A stretch of 63,097 bases of DNA, filler included, from Octopus bimaculoides (GCF_001194135.2; 4 parts of 4 records of this genome joined end to end with filler, not necessarily neighbours in it), one strand, 5' to 3'. Counted from the first letter of the whole stretch, positions 1 to 12,590 are shown. Translations and numbers: made by a program. Notes: generated from the sequence alone by a model not told the origin.

Positions 1-13
1 ATATATATATATA

Positions 14-175
14 TACGACGGGCTTCTTTCAGTTTCCGTCTACCAAATCCACTCACAAGTCTTTGGTCGGCCCGAGGCTATAGAAGACACTTGCCCAAGG
101 TGTCACGCAGTGGGACTGAACTCAGAACCATGTGGTTGGTGAGCAAGCTACTTACAACACAGCCACTCCTGCGTG
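14..175 (-). mobile_element. tRNA-derived SINE family A, head portion
   Basis: Reverse complement of the head GGAGTGGCTGTGTGGTAAG...GGTTCAGTCCC...ACCTTGGGCAAGTGTC; many copies in the window. Confidence 0.85.
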
Positions 176-1014
176 TTCATTTAAATTACATATATTGGGC
201 ATGGAAGTTTCTTCAGTACTTATGGCCTCGATCGAACCTACGATCGTATGATTGTGAGAATAATTATTGTAACCACAATGGAATGAGTCTTATACTTTTT
301 CTTAATTGTGCGTGTTAGTTTGAATTAAACTATGAAATCCAATTTGACATCATTTAAAAATCTATAGTGTGCTAATTATAACTGCTGCTTTTTTGCTTTT
401 GTTTTTTGTTTGGTATTTTTTTAGGCGTAACTTGATTGAAAATGGAATTTAATTAATTCAATGAACGATGCGAAGTTAATTGAAATCTGATTGTAATTAA
501 TAAAAAAAAAAATTAGTTATAATCATGTTTCGCGGATTAATACTTCTTATGGACGATATTAACTTGATTGACAACAAAACTAAATTAATTAAAAATACTA
601 AATTGATTAGAAATACTAGATTAATTGGAATTCGAGCGAAATTAATTTGAAAGGGAAATTGTGATGTAGACATGTCACAGCTTGCTCAACAATTCAGATG
701 GACCGAAAGCCATGTTATTAAAAGAGGAATCAATCGTCGTTCTAAAAAAAATCTAGGAGATTAACTGTATCACCGGAATCTTCAAGATTATCTGATGTTG
801 TTAAACACCACTGATCACAATGTGCTTCCAGATCTTTCGTGACTGCGCCCTTCTTTTCCATCTTGGTGCAAATCGTTTTACGCGGGTGAAACTGGCGGCG
901 CAAGTCGAAATTGTCTGATAATCTCTTCTTAACTCGGATTTCGTTCGGTTTATCCAATATCCGGATTAATCGAAAACGATATAACGAGGGTTTGATAAAT
1001 CAAAATGCAATTTT

Positions 1015-1225
1015 TATCTCCGTCTTCGCTAAGGCGGAGGTATTGTTTTCAGTCGTGTTTGTTTGTCCGTGAACAAGATATCTCAAGAACCGCTCGATGG
1101 ATTCGGATGCAACTTTCAGAAATGGCTGGCCTCGTGCTCATTCTAATAATCATCGCTGACTAATCGTTGAGAGAACGTTGGTGTTGCCTTGGCAGAGGTT
1201 TGCGCTCTCTGAGTGCTCTTGTAGA
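1015..1225 (+). mobile_element. Non-autonomous Helentron/HINE-like element
   Basis: 5' hairpin TCCGTCTTCGCTAAGGCGGAGG, GTTTGTTTGTCC tract, 3' CCTTGGCAGAGGTTTGCGCTCTCTGAGTGCTC. Related copies at 17745-17912 and 54775-54930. Confidence 0.6.
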
Positions 1226-1750
1226 GCAGGTTTCGTGACAGACGAACTGCAGACAGAAACTTCGCTGCGGGCTAGCTAGGAAGTTGGTCAGCAGCAAAAC
1301 AAAAGGTGGTGGTGGTGTGTTTCCTAACATTTTTAATGTTGTAAATCAGGAGTCGTAATGCATCTAAGCACAGTATACGATAAACTCATTATCATTTTCG
1401 TTTTTTTAATTAAATACACTGGTTTGTGTTATTATAATTCACTTTTATTGCACTGGCAAGTTGGGTGAGGGGGGGGGGGGGGCTTTTACCATTTTTAATT
1501 TTCTATACCAAAATCGTTGAGTTTAAAAATTATTTCCGATGCTTATATGGTAAGTATACACTTTTACATGTTTCAGTCATTCAAAGTAAAACTCGTACTA
1601 AGGATCCATTGCTTCGTTTCACGCAACCTCTGCCACGGAGCTGCTATAAACGACTCTCACTTCGCTGCAAATATACGAAGCAAATTTCCGACCAGAGGAT
1701 AACATCGTGTAACCTTCGCTTAATTTCAGGGTCAACGTAAAGATCGAGAC

Positions 1751-1836
1751 ATCATCATCATCATCGTCGTCGTCGTCATCGTCATCGTCATCGTCATCAT
1801 CATTATCATCATTATTATTATTATTATTATTATTAT

Positions 1837-1886
<50 letters not shown>

Positions 1887-1912
1887 TCATCATCATCATC
1901 ATCATCATCATC
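1751..1912. repeat. Compound trinucleotide microsatellite (CAT/CGT/TAT/TAG)
   Basis: Direct reading. Confidence 0.95.
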
Positions 1913-1920
1913 GTTATTAA

Positions 1921-2129
1921 GGCGACGAGCTGGCAGAATCGTTAGCATGCTGGACGAAATGCTCAGTGGTGTTTCAACCGTCGCTACGTTCTGAGTTCAA
2001 ATTCCGCGGAGGTCGACTTTGCCTTTCATCCGTTCGGGGTCTATGAATTAAGTACGAGTTGCGTACTGGGGTCGAGGTAATCGACTTAACCCCTCCCGAA
2101 CAATTTCAGGCCTTGTACCTATAGTAGAA

Positions 2130-2170
<41 letters not shown>
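1921..2170 (+). mobile_element. SINE family B (Nin-domain-like) with (TTA)n tail
   Basis: Head GGCGACGAGCTGGCAGAATCG...GAGTTCAAATTCC; Nin-like core GAGGTCGACTTTGCCTTTCATCC..TCGGGGTC; (TTA)n at 2131-2170. Confidence 0.8.
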
Positions 2171-2172
<2 letters not shown>

Positions 2173-2665
2173 GAAAACTCAGCTCATTTTGCTGGTTATG
2201 ATGGAAAGTGTCAGCTATCCACAACCAGTTGGCTAAGGTGACACTTGTTTANNNNNNNNNNNNNNNNNNNNNNNNNNNNNNNNNNNNNNNNNNNNNNNNN
2301 NNNNNNNNNNNNNNNNNNNNNNNNNNNNNNNNNNNNNNNNNNNNNNNNNNNNNNNNNNNNNNNNNNNNNNNNNNNNNNNNNNNNNNNNNNNNNNNNNNNN
2401 NNNNNNNNNNNNNNNNNNNNNNNNNNNNNNNNNNNNNNNNNNNNNNNNNNNNNNNNNNNNNNNNNNNNNNNNNNNNNNNNNNNNNNNNNNNNNNNNNNNN
2501 NNNNNNNNNNNNNNNNNNNNNNNNNNNNNNNNNNNNNNNNNNNNNNNNNNNNNNNNNNNNNNNNNNNNNNNNNNNNNNNNNNNNNNNNNNNNNNNNNNNN
2601 NNNNNNNNNNNNNNNNNNNNNNNNNNNNNNNNNNNNNNNNNNNNNNNNNNNNNNNNNNNNNNNNN

Positions 2666-2984
2666 NTATTTGCTTTTTTTCATTTTAAATTTGCTTTAAC
2701 CCTAACCCTAACCCTAACCCTAAGGTTAGGGTTAGGGTTAGGGTTAATTGTTTCAGAATCGTTTGTTTATGTAGTCGGCACTTAATGTATATCGGCTGAA
2801 TGGACGTCAGTGATTGGTTGAAATTACAGAAATACGACAACTTTAATATGGAATAACTGATGGATTTCTTTTTTTTTAAGAAGACTAAGAGAAAAAGATG
2901 TTTTATATGACACATTCTACCAGTGTTCCAAGTTTCAAAGTGTTTGGTTAATGAAAAATGTGGCCCCCGTTTTAAAAAAGATCC
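2666..2984 (-). mobile_element. Partial copy of the telomeric-repeat MITE; other end lost in the gap
   Basis: Near-identical reverse complement of 4191-4512, with (CCCTAA)n(TTAGGG)n at about 2697-2746 and terminus ...AAAAAAGATCC. Confidence 0.85.
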
Positions 2985-3445
2985 GTTTATTTTTACTTCT
3001 TCTTTCACGTTGATCCTGTTCTTCACATATTTTTGCGTTTGGTGTGTAGATGTATGTATGATTGCGTTTGCCTTCGCTACTCACACTCACTCCCAACCGC
3101 TTCACAACCGGTGCTGCTCCGCGGTTTTGCATTAGTTGTGGGGTCGATGTATTCAACTAAAACCTTTCAAGGCAATGCCCCAGCATGGCCGTAATCCAAT
3201 GACTAAAACAAGAAAAAGATGAAAAAATAAAAGAAATCAAAACCCTGCCTCGAGCTGTCACCACCAATGGCTGAAGATAAGAAATACAGCAGTTGTCTCC
3301 CCTCCTTCATTATATATTTTTGTCAGTTAATCATTCAGGTAACGATTTATCTTCTTTCATTAAGGATATGATGCTAATTAATTAAAATTTCCTAGCTGCC
3401 TAACGTAACCACGCTAATTATATGAATCTAACCTTGCTAATTGTG

Positions 3446-3735
3446 GAGATACATTGCCTATTGGTTAGAGCAGCGGGATCGTGGGTTCGAATCTCAGACC
3501 AGGTAATGTGTGTGTTTACGAGCGAAACACCTAAGCTCCACGCGGCTCTGGCAGAAGGCAATGGCGAATTTCTGCTGATCTTTTCGCCACAACTTTCTCT
3601 CATTCTTTCTTCCTGCATCTAGCAGCTCACCTGTGACGAACTGGTGTCCTGCCCAGGTGAGGAACCTATACGCCAGTGAAACCGGGGAACCGGCCCTTAT
3701 GAACCAGGCATGGCTCGAGAAGGAACAAACAACAA
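3446..3735 (+). mobile_element. tRNA-derived SINE family E (family C-like 5' body, different 3' part, (CAA)n tail)
   Basis: B box GGTTCGAATCTC; GAGCGAAACACCTAAGCTCCAC shared with family C; 3' ACCTGTGACGAACTGGTGTCCTGCCCAGG resembles a V-domain. Confidence 0.65.
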
Positions 3736-4190
3736 CAACCTTGCTAATTATGTTTTTATACTGTTTTCAGATTTCAACACAAAGCCAGCATTCTTTTTTT
3801 TTTTTCTTCTTCTTTAAAGGGAAAGGTGTCAGTCGATTACATCGATCCCTGTGCGCAATTTTCGAGACCATTGATCCCCAAAATGATGAAAGGTGAAGTC
3901 AACCTCGGCGGAATTTGAACTCAAAACATAAAGACAAACGAAATGCTGCTAAGCAATTTGTTCGGTGTGCTAACAATTCTGCCAGCTCGCCACCTGTAAT
4001 TAACGGTTTCGACTTTGGGTACAAGGCCAGCAGCTTTTGAGGGAAGGGCTTGACGATTAAATCAAGTACTTGGCAGCTCGCCGCCTTTAATAATGATAAT
4101 AATAAAGGGGTCCGCAAGTCAAAAAGTTTGAAAACCCCTGGTCTAGCGAACGATCCATGAACGATCTTCGCACTTGCTAACGGGCATGTC

Positions 4191-4774
4191 GGATCTTTTT
4201 AAAACGGGGGCCACATTTTTCATTAACGAAACACTTTGAAACTTGGAACACTGGTAGAATGTGTCATATAAAACATCTTTTTCTCTTAGTCTTCTTAAAA
4301 AAAAAAGAAATCCATAAATTATTCCATGTTAAAGTTGTCGTATTTCTGTAATTTCAACCAATCACTGACGTCCATTCAGCCGATATACATTAAGTGCCGA
4401 CTACATAAACAAACGATTCTGAAACAATTAACCCTAACCCTAACCCTAACCCTAGGGTTAGGGTTAGGGTTAGGGTTAGGGTTAAAGCAAATTTAAAATG
4501 AAAAAAGCAAATAAAACGAAGGTATGGAGATTAAATACGCTTTACATCGCTTAATCAGCCAAGGAGTAAATGTAAACAATTGAATACTTGTCAGTGATTG
4601 GTTGAAATTATCGAAATAAGACAATTTTTTACATGAAATAAATTCGAATACAAAAATATTTTTCTGTTCTATTACACAAAATAGATAAGTATACGAAGTT
4701 TGAAAGTCTTTCGGTACCAAAAACACTACGTAAAACATTAATGAAAACTGTGGCCCCCGTTTTAAAAAAGATCC
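4191..4774. mobile_element. Complete MITE (Merlin-like) with an internal head-to-head telomeric repeat
   Basis: TIRs GGATCTTTTT(T)AAAACGGGGGCCACA; 8-bp TSD GGCATGTC/CGCATGTC (4183-4190, 4775-4782); internal (CCCTAA)n-(TTAGGG)n at about 4428-4484. Confidence 0.85.
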
Positions 4775-4929
4775 CGCATGTCTACCTAGCTATCGATCTA
4801 CTAATGATCTTCGCATTTGCTAATGTGCATATCTGTCTAGCTATCGAGTGAGACACTGGGTGCTGGGCAGATGTTATGGCGCTCACTGTGGTGTTCGCTA
4901 CGCCGACTAGCGGTGGGGCATCTGAAGCT

Positions 4930-5040
4930 GGCTCGTAACCCGAATTTTAGCTCGCAACTCAAAACAAAAAATCGGCCGAGAGGCGGCTCGTATCTCGAAA
5001 AACTCGTTAATTAGGACACTCGTAAGTTAAGGTACCACTG
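4930..5040. mobile_element. pogo/Tigger-like terminal fragment
   Basis: Ends CTCGTAAGTTAAGGTACCACTG|TA, the reverse complement of a TA-CAGTGGTACC..ACTTACGAG type TIR. Confidence 0.55.
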
Positions 5041-7047
5041 TATATCTTAAAGCAACACAAACAAAACAGGCGGACCGCAAAAAAAAAAAAAAAAAAAAAG
5101 TAGAATAATATACGTCTGCGTAGTTTCAGATGCAAAATATGCCGGCCGCTGTATTGTACGTCACTGGAGACTAACTTCTCTCTTTTATGACGATAGTTGT
5201 GTTCAACACACTTGGCTTATTAGTGCACAGCTCTCAGTGCTTTAATAACTCACAACAGAATGGGTGTATGATGTGACGTCAATTAACCAACAATGATTCA
5301 TTACGACATCTAGTTTGTAAATTAACACATAGGTGATAAACTTCTATGTGGTTGCTCCACATGCTAGAAATAAGAGCCAACTCTCCCTGAATTCATACCC
5401 TACCATTTGTAAAAGGAGATATTAGATACGGTAGCCCTAAATAAAATATCAGCAAAACAAGATGGGACTACAGTCGGGATTAATCAGCGTTAGGAATCTC
5501 GTTTTCTCACTGACAGGGATCTGAGATCAATCCCAGTAAAAATCTGTATTAAAATAACGGGTTATGAAAGGAGCCTAAAATATAAATAAAAAATTTTTTT
5601 TTGACGTCATAAGAATTTATAAACATTCGATAGGAGGCGGAGTAATTCTTTTTGAGAATTGGATCTCGAAGTACATATAATGCTATAATAGCAACTAAAT
5701 ATTGCGTTGAAAAACTCTTTTGGACAAAATTGTTGAAGGCCGCCCTTCGGGCGCGAACCCACATCACCTGTAGGCAACTCGTTTAGTTGAAGTTGTAAGA
5801 CTGACTTAGTTCCACAGATTTCGGGGAACTGATTTGACTTATTAGCCGAATCGTTCTTTACGTTCTAAGTTGAAATCACACCAAAGTCAGCTTCGCCTTT
5901 CATCTTTTCGGGGTCGATAAAATAAAGTTCCAGTTGAGCACTGGGATCGATGTAATCGACTATCCCGCTCCCCTTAAATTGTTGACCTTCAACCAACATT
6001 TGAAACAGTTTGTTAACAAAGTTTGTGCAACATTTCAAGATATGTCAAGAAGACCAGAAGCACGTGTGTGAGCAGTGACGCTTTTGTTTACAAACAACGA
6101 ACACACATGAAGACGAAGGGAAATACGGACCCTATCATTCAAACACATGTATATATATATANNNNNNNNNNNNNNNNNNNNNNNNNNNNNNNNNNNNNNN
6201 NNNNNNNNNNNNNNNNNNNNNNNNNNNNNNNNNNNNNNNNNNNNNNNNNNNNNNNNNNNNNNNNNNNNNNNNNNNNNNNNNNNNNNNNNNNNNNNNNNNN
6301 NNNNNNNNNNNNNNNNNNNNNNNNNNNNNNNNNNNNNNNNNNNNNNNNNNNNNNNNNNNNNNNNNNNNNNNNNNNNNNNNNNNNNNNNNNNNNNNNNNNN
6401 NNNNNNNNNNNNNNNNNNNNNNNNNNNNNNNNNNNNNNNNNNNNNNNNNNNNNNNNNNNNNNNNNNNNNNNNNNNNNNNNNNNNNNNNNNNNNNNNNNNN
6501 NNNNNNNNNNNNNNNNNNNNNNNNNNNNNNNNNNNNNNNNNNNNNNNNNNNNNNNNNNNNNNNNNNNNNNNNNNNNNNNNNNNNNNNNNNNNNNNNNNNN
6601 NNNNNNNNNNNNNNNNNNNNNNNNNNNNNNNNNNNNNNNNNNNNNNNNNNNNNNNNNNNNNNNNNNNNNNNNNNNNNNNNNNNNNNNNNNNNNNNNNNNN
6701 NNNNNNNNNNNNNNNNNNNNNNNNNNNNNNNNNNNNNNNNNNNNNNNNNNNNNNNNNNNNNNNNNNNNNNNNNNNNNNNNNNNNNNNNNNNNNNNNNNNN
6801 NNNNNNNNNNNNNNNNNNNNNNNNNNNNNNNNNNNNNNNNNNNNNNNNNNNNNNNNNNNNNNNNNNNNNNNNNNNNNNNNNNNNNNNNNNNNNNNNNNNN
6901 NNNNNNNNNNNNNNNNNNNNNNNNNNNNNNNNNNNNNNNNNNNNNNNNNNNNNNNNNNNNNNNNNNNNNNNNNNNNNNNNNNNNNNNNNNNNNNNNNNNN
7001 NNNNNNNNNNNNNNNNNNNNNNNNNNNNNNNNNNNNNNNNNNNNNAA

Positions 7048-7375
7048 ATAAGTATCAGACCGAGCGTTGTGAGTGTTTATTGAGCGAAAACACCTAAAGC
7101 TCCACAAGGCTCCGGCAGGGGATGGTGGCGAACCCTGCTGTACTCTTTCACCACAACTTTCTCTCACTCTTACTTCCTGTTTCTGTTGTGCCTGTAATTC
7201 AAAGGGTCAGCCTTGTCACACTGTGTCACGCTGAATATCCCTGAGAACTACGTTAAGGGTACACGTGTCTGTGGAGTGCTCAGCCACTTGCACGTTAATT
7301 TCACGAGCAGGCTGTTCTGTTGATCGGATCAACTGGAACTCTCGACGTCGTAAGCGACGGAGTACCAACAACAGT
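7048..7375 (+). mobile_element. SINE family C; head lost in the gap
   Basis: Matches 11682-12063 along its length. Confidence 0.85.
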
Positions 7376-8071
7376 AATGATATACTAAAATTCTATTAAT
7401 TTAGGATAGCAATAGCTGTCTTTCGTTTAAAAAAAGAAACAAGTCTCAAAACTTCTAGTATGCATCCTAGATATCATAAATAACGTTTCTGCTTCATGGA
7501 TAACGCCATGTCCTAATCATATTTTAATCCCGACAAACTATTTTTGAAAATGCGTTTAAACTACAAACATTGTACCTCTTTACCGTTTTGTGTAGGCGCT
7601 TTTTTTAGTGGAATACGATTAACTCCTGTTGGATTTTTCTGAATACGACATACATTTCTTTCAGCCAGTCAAATTATCACAATACATACACACATACACA
7701 TACACACACACATACATACATACATACATACATACATACATACATACATACATACATACATACATACTTACATACATACATACATACATACCACAGTCAT
7801 TGCCAATCATAATAAAAAGGAATACATACATATGTACATAGGTACATTAAAATAAGCTTATTCTGTCACATGAGGTCAGTTTGTGATGAGAGTAGGAGAC
7901 AAAGCAATAGGATACAGAGCAGGAAGACAAGAATAATTAATAAAAATAGGTGGGGTTGTGTAAATGAGTAAGAGCGCCTGACTTTGAACTGAAACTGCAG
8001 GCTGATATAAACATTGTTTATACACTGCACGTATAACGTTTTTGAAATACTTCTTTAGTGAATCAACAACA

Positions 8072-8124
<53 letters not shown>

Positions 8125-8499
8125 TTGCAACCTAATTATAAATTTTTTTATGCACATGTAATTTAAGTACAACTAATAATGTTGTCTGTTGTCTGCTGTG
8201 AATTAATGTACCTTGGCCCTGAAGAGATGCAAGGTCCTAATTTCTTATCTCAGACAAGAGTGAGTCGGGATCTTGCATTGAAATGTGCATAGGATAATAA
8301 ACAAGTTTTATTATTATAGGATTGCGCCATGGCTCGTATTTCAATTGATATGCACCCAAAATTGTATCACCTATACAGAAGTCATTATATCTAAACAAAG
8401 TATAAACAACTTTTCAAGTGAGAATTTTGCTACTTTGATGACAGTTACAATATTTTACCAATATATTTGGTAGATATTTTAATGCACACACACACACAT

Positions 8500-8740
8500 A
8501 TATATAAATATAATACAAATAATATGTAAGTATATGCATATATACGTACATGTATGTACATACCTACATCTACATGAATATATAGATGCATATCTGGGTA
8601 CAGGACGTCGCAAAAAAACGTGGACAAAATGAAAAACAAGAACATAAACAAAGCACGTAAAACAAACTTTTTTTCGAACAACGGTAGGAACACACAGGAA
8701 AACAGACAGGCCACATAGAGAACATTTCCTTCATCAGCTG
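8500..8740 (-). mobile_element. Penelope-associated repeat family 2 fragment
   Basis: GGTACAGGACGTC body plus CTTCATCAGCTG; related to 34790-35120 and 57405-57751. Confidence 0.45.
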
Positions 8741-9139
8741 CCCCTATATATATATATATGTATATATATATGCTGAATAGTGGTACAATATGGGCAGATT
8801 TATGAAATCCAATGAACCGTCATACAAATATACCTTTTTAAAGGGATGTGATAAACCTATTATAATGGATAATACTAAGTGTACTTTTTCTTTTGTGGTG
8901 TAATCTTTGGACTAAAAATTGTTGGCAGCTGAAGAGAGCTTTAAACCATCTTTTATATCAATAATAAACCTATGGTGATGTAATAACAGATTGTTTATAA
9001 AGCTTGAAACACGTGTACTGCGATATCTTTTGTGTTCTGTTTTCAATTTATGTTTGATATATATATATATATATATATTACATGGAGCACTCCCCAAAAT
9101 TGCAGGCCTTGTTCCAAAATTTGAAATTGATATTTCAAG

Positions 9140-9500
9140 GGCACACAGTGATGAGCTGGCAGGTTCATTAACACGCCAGACAAAATGCTTAGCTGCACTT
9201 TTTCTAGTTCTTTACATTCTGAGTTCAAATTCCACCAAGGTGAACTCTGCCTAACATCCTCTCAAGGTCAATGAAATAAACACCAGCTGCACACTGGAGG
9301 GGGTGGCGGTCAATGTAAAATCAACTTACCCTCACTCCCTCGAAATTTCAGGCCTTTGTGTCTGATATATAAAGGATATTTCAAAGGAACAAGGTGATCA
9401 GCTGGCAGGATCATTAGCATGCTGGGAAAAATACTTAGCAGCATTTCATCCATCTTTCTATTCCAAGTTCAAATTCTACCCAGGTCAACTCTGCCTTTCA
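9140..9500 (+). mobile_element. Two adjacent degenerate family B SINEs
   Basis: GAGCTGGCAGG...GAGTTCAAATTCC...GCCTTTCATC motifs occur twice. Confidence 0.7.
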
Positions 9501-10003
9501 TCTTTTCCATGCTGGCATGGGTTGGATGGCTTGATAAGAACTGGGAGGCCAAGGGCACGCCAGGTTCCATGGTCTTTTTTGGCTTGGGTTCTACGGCTGA
9601 ATGTACTATCTCTCTCTCCCTCCCTCCTTTCCCCCTCCCATCCCCCTCTTCTCACTCTCTTTCTCTATCTGTATGCATATATGTCTGCGTGTGTATTGCC
9701 TCCAGTGCCAAAAAAGTACCTTTGCCAGAGTAAACTGAATGTCCAGTCAGCTGTTTCATCCAGTCAAGTGTTGGGTCCAATATAATTGACTCGCTCCTTC
9801 CACAAAATTTCAGGACTTGCCCCTATAGCAGAAATAATATTTCAAAGACACATTGTTATACAACAAAATTTCGAAAATGTGACCTTCCTCCAGCTCATTT
9901 TAGAATAATCTTAGAAAAAAATGCTAAAATGGACACTAATGATATTGATAAATTATTTTGCACTTTAATTCCTAATTCTAAAACACTGCCTCCACTTCGT
10001 GAC

Positions 10004-10175
10004 AGAACGGTTGGTCGGTCGGTCGGTCGGTCGGTCAGTCGGTCGGTCGGTCGGTCGATCGATCAGTCGGTCGGTGGATCGATCGATCCGTCTGCCCGTC
10101 CGTCAGTCCGTCCGTCCGTCCGTCAGTCCGTCCGTCCGTCGGTCCGTCCGACGGTCAGTCCGTCGGTCGGTCAGT
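10004..10175. repeat. GC-rich (CGGT)/(CCGT) tetranucleotide repeat
   Basis: Direct reading; abuts the 3' end of an RTE fragment. Confidence 0.9.
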
Positions 10176-10550
10176 TCTCTCTGTACCATGGGGCACCAAA
10201 ATCCATAATACGATCTTTCCAATCAGTTTTGTTTTCTCTAACTGTTCTGGTCTCATTTCAGCTTCTCCACCCTTCTCAACTCCTGTTTTTTGTCAATAGT
10301 CCTTCACCATGTTGTTTTAGAGCACCCTACAGCTCTTTTCCCTTCAGTGCCACCATACAATCGCTTTCTCAATTTCATTTGAGGATGTGTCTGATCCTGT
10401 TCCAGCGTTTGCGTCCTTATTTCATCACTGACCACCGTTGTCTCATTTGCGTCATTTCAGACACTTGGCTGCCACTTGATGCTGAGTGTATTCTCCTTAA
10501 GCATCAACAATGTGGAGCTGATAAACAAAATGCGTCATATATGGATGATG
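10176..10550 (-). mobile_element. RTE-clade LINE 3' fragment
   Basis: Degenerate minus-strand translation CLRRI...RKRWNRIRHIL...DCMVAL, typical of the RTE C-terminus; ends GTGCCCCATGGTACAGAGAG before the tandem tail. Confidence 0.6.
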
Positions 10551-10617
10551 GCAGACGTATAAAAAAAAAAACTATTTAAAGCAATATTCTTTCTTTCTTT
10601 TTATTCTTTTATTCTTT

Positions 10618-11019
10618 TATTTGTTTCAGTCATTTGACTGCGGCCATGCTGGAGCACCGCCTTTAGTCGAGTAAATCGACCCCGGGACTTATTCTTTGGA
10701 AGCCTAGTACTTATTCTATCGGTCTCTTTTGCCGAACCGCTAAGTTACGGGGACATAAACACACCAGCATCGGTTGTCAAGCAATGCTAGGAGGACAAAC
10801 ACGGACACACAAACACACAAACACATACACATATACATACATATATATATATACATATATACGACAGGCTTCTTTCAGTTTCTGTCTACCAAATCCATTC
10901 ACAAGCTTTGGTTGGCCCGAGGCTATAGTAGAAGACACTAGCCCAAGGTGCCACGCAGTGGGACTGAACCCGGAACCATGTGGTTGGTAAGCAAGCTACT
11001 TACCACACAGCCACTCCTG
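10618..11019 (-). mobile_element. SINE family A, full-length
   Basis: Head, central (CA)/(TA) tract and tail CAGTCAAATGACTGAAAC all present. Confidence 0.9.
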
Positions 11020-11681
11020 ATATCAATGATGAGGGTTATTCTCTCTACAGAGGGCAGCAAAGGATAGGCCAAGTTTATGAAAGAGTATTGGAATGTTTGA
11101 TACAGGAATCACGAGGAAGTGTTAATTGAAGTGCATCATGTAAGTATACAAAAAAAAAAAAACCAATCCAAACCAATATAAGGAGGAAATAGTTGTAAAT
11201 ATGTTGGGCATTCCAGAATAGCAAACAAAAGGATAAAGTTTAACACAGAAGTGTGACAAACAGAGATGTCCTTTTGTATAACAAACAGTTGTACTTTTAA
11301 ATACAACTGCCTGGTTGTTATAGCTGCATACAGCTTGGTTCATGCTTAAAGCACTTGGCTCCTACTTAAAGCACTAGGCTTGTCCTTAATGTTATGTTTT
11401 AGATACAACTGTGGGGTGAATATGAAGCTATAGGGTCAAGTGGTTAGGGTGTTGCTCTCATGGTTGTGATGGTTTCAATTCTGCAAATGCTGATATCTCA
11501 TTCAGGGAAAATGTTGCAATCTTGGCCACTTATATGCCATGGAAACTCAGTAGCTGGCCCTATGTGGTCCTAGGACCTGAAATAGTAATGCCAGGGGTTG
11601 CTGCTGCTGCTGTTGCCACTACTGCTGATGATAATGATGATAACAATGTGGTTATATGTCCTTCCATTATATTTATAAAGT

Positions 11682-12063
11682 GGAGGCGCAATGGCCCAGT
11701 GGTTAGGGTAGCGGACTCGCAGTCATAGGATCGCGGTTTCGATTCCCAGACCGGGCGTTGTGAGTGTTTATTGAATGAAAACACCTAAAGCTCCACGAAG
11801 CTCCGGCAGGGGGTGGTGGCGAACCCTGCTGTACTCTTTCACCACAATTTTCTCTCACTCTTACTTCCTCTTTCTGTTGTGCCTGTAATTCAAAGGGTCA
11901 GCCTTATCGCACTGTGTCACGCTGAATATCCCTGAGAACTACGTTAAGGGTACACGTGTCTGTGGAGTGCTCAGCCACTTGCACATTAATTTCACGAGCA
12001 GGCTGTTCCGTTGATCGGATCAACTAGAACCCTCGACGTCGTAAGCGATGGAGTGCCAACTAC
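11682..12063 (+). mobile_element. SINE family C, full-length with 13-bp TSD
   Basis: tRNA head with A box TGGCCCAGTGG and B box GGTTTCGATTCC; TSD TATATTTATAAAG at 11668-11680 and 12064-12076. Confidence 0.92.
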
Positions 12064-12351
12064 TATATTTATAAAGGATATATTGATCAAGTATATAAGG
12101 AGCTAAGAAAGTGCCAACATCAAAATTGGCCAGACTGAACAATGGAATACAATATAATATTGTTTATGACAAACCAGTTTGATATTTAGATGTCAGATAT
12201 GTGAATATTCTGCAAATAATTTGGAGACTATTAGAAAACAAAATACTTCATAATACAGTTCTATGTTTAAGAGAGGGGGAATTATGTAAATTATTTACAT
12301 TTACATTATTTATATTATTTACAATATTTATATTTGACTATGCCGTATGCC

Positions 12352-12590
12352 CGTGGGCATATCACAAAGTGGTTAAGAGTGCAGACTACTAACCCCAAGA
12401 TTCCGAGTTCGATTCCAAGCAGTAACCTGAATAATAATAATAATAATGCCCGGATGCAGTACCAGGCAGTGGTTCTCATGGCTTCAGATCTTAATTGATT
12501 GGAAGTGTTATCATATACATTGTTTAGTCTTGGTATAAAAGATGGGCTACAGCAAATATTCTGCTTAATACCACAGATTTGCTTGTCAGA
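12352..12590 (+). mobile_element. tRNA-derived SINE family D
   Basis: GTGGTTAAGAGTGCAGACTACTAACCCCAAGATTCCGAGTTCGATTCC head; repeats at 13800-13880; tail inverted at about 61430-61475. Confidence 0.65.

Noticed and set aside
742-957. 71-aa minus-strand ORF near a possible TIR-like end (about 960-990)
   Set aside because: No recognisable domain and no matching second terminus.
1619-1948. Low-complexity D/T/N ORF (also 9929-10579, 31181-31618, 40511-40753)
   Set aside because: Translations of microsatellites or antisense frames of TE ORFs.
2697-2746. Telomere-telomere fusion scar or chromosome end
   Set aside because: The tract is internal to a TIR/TSD-bounded element present in several copies.
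11682-11760. Functional tRNA genes (also 12352, 14180, 3446)
   Set aside because: A and B boxes are present, but acceptor stems do not close and each continues into a SINE body.
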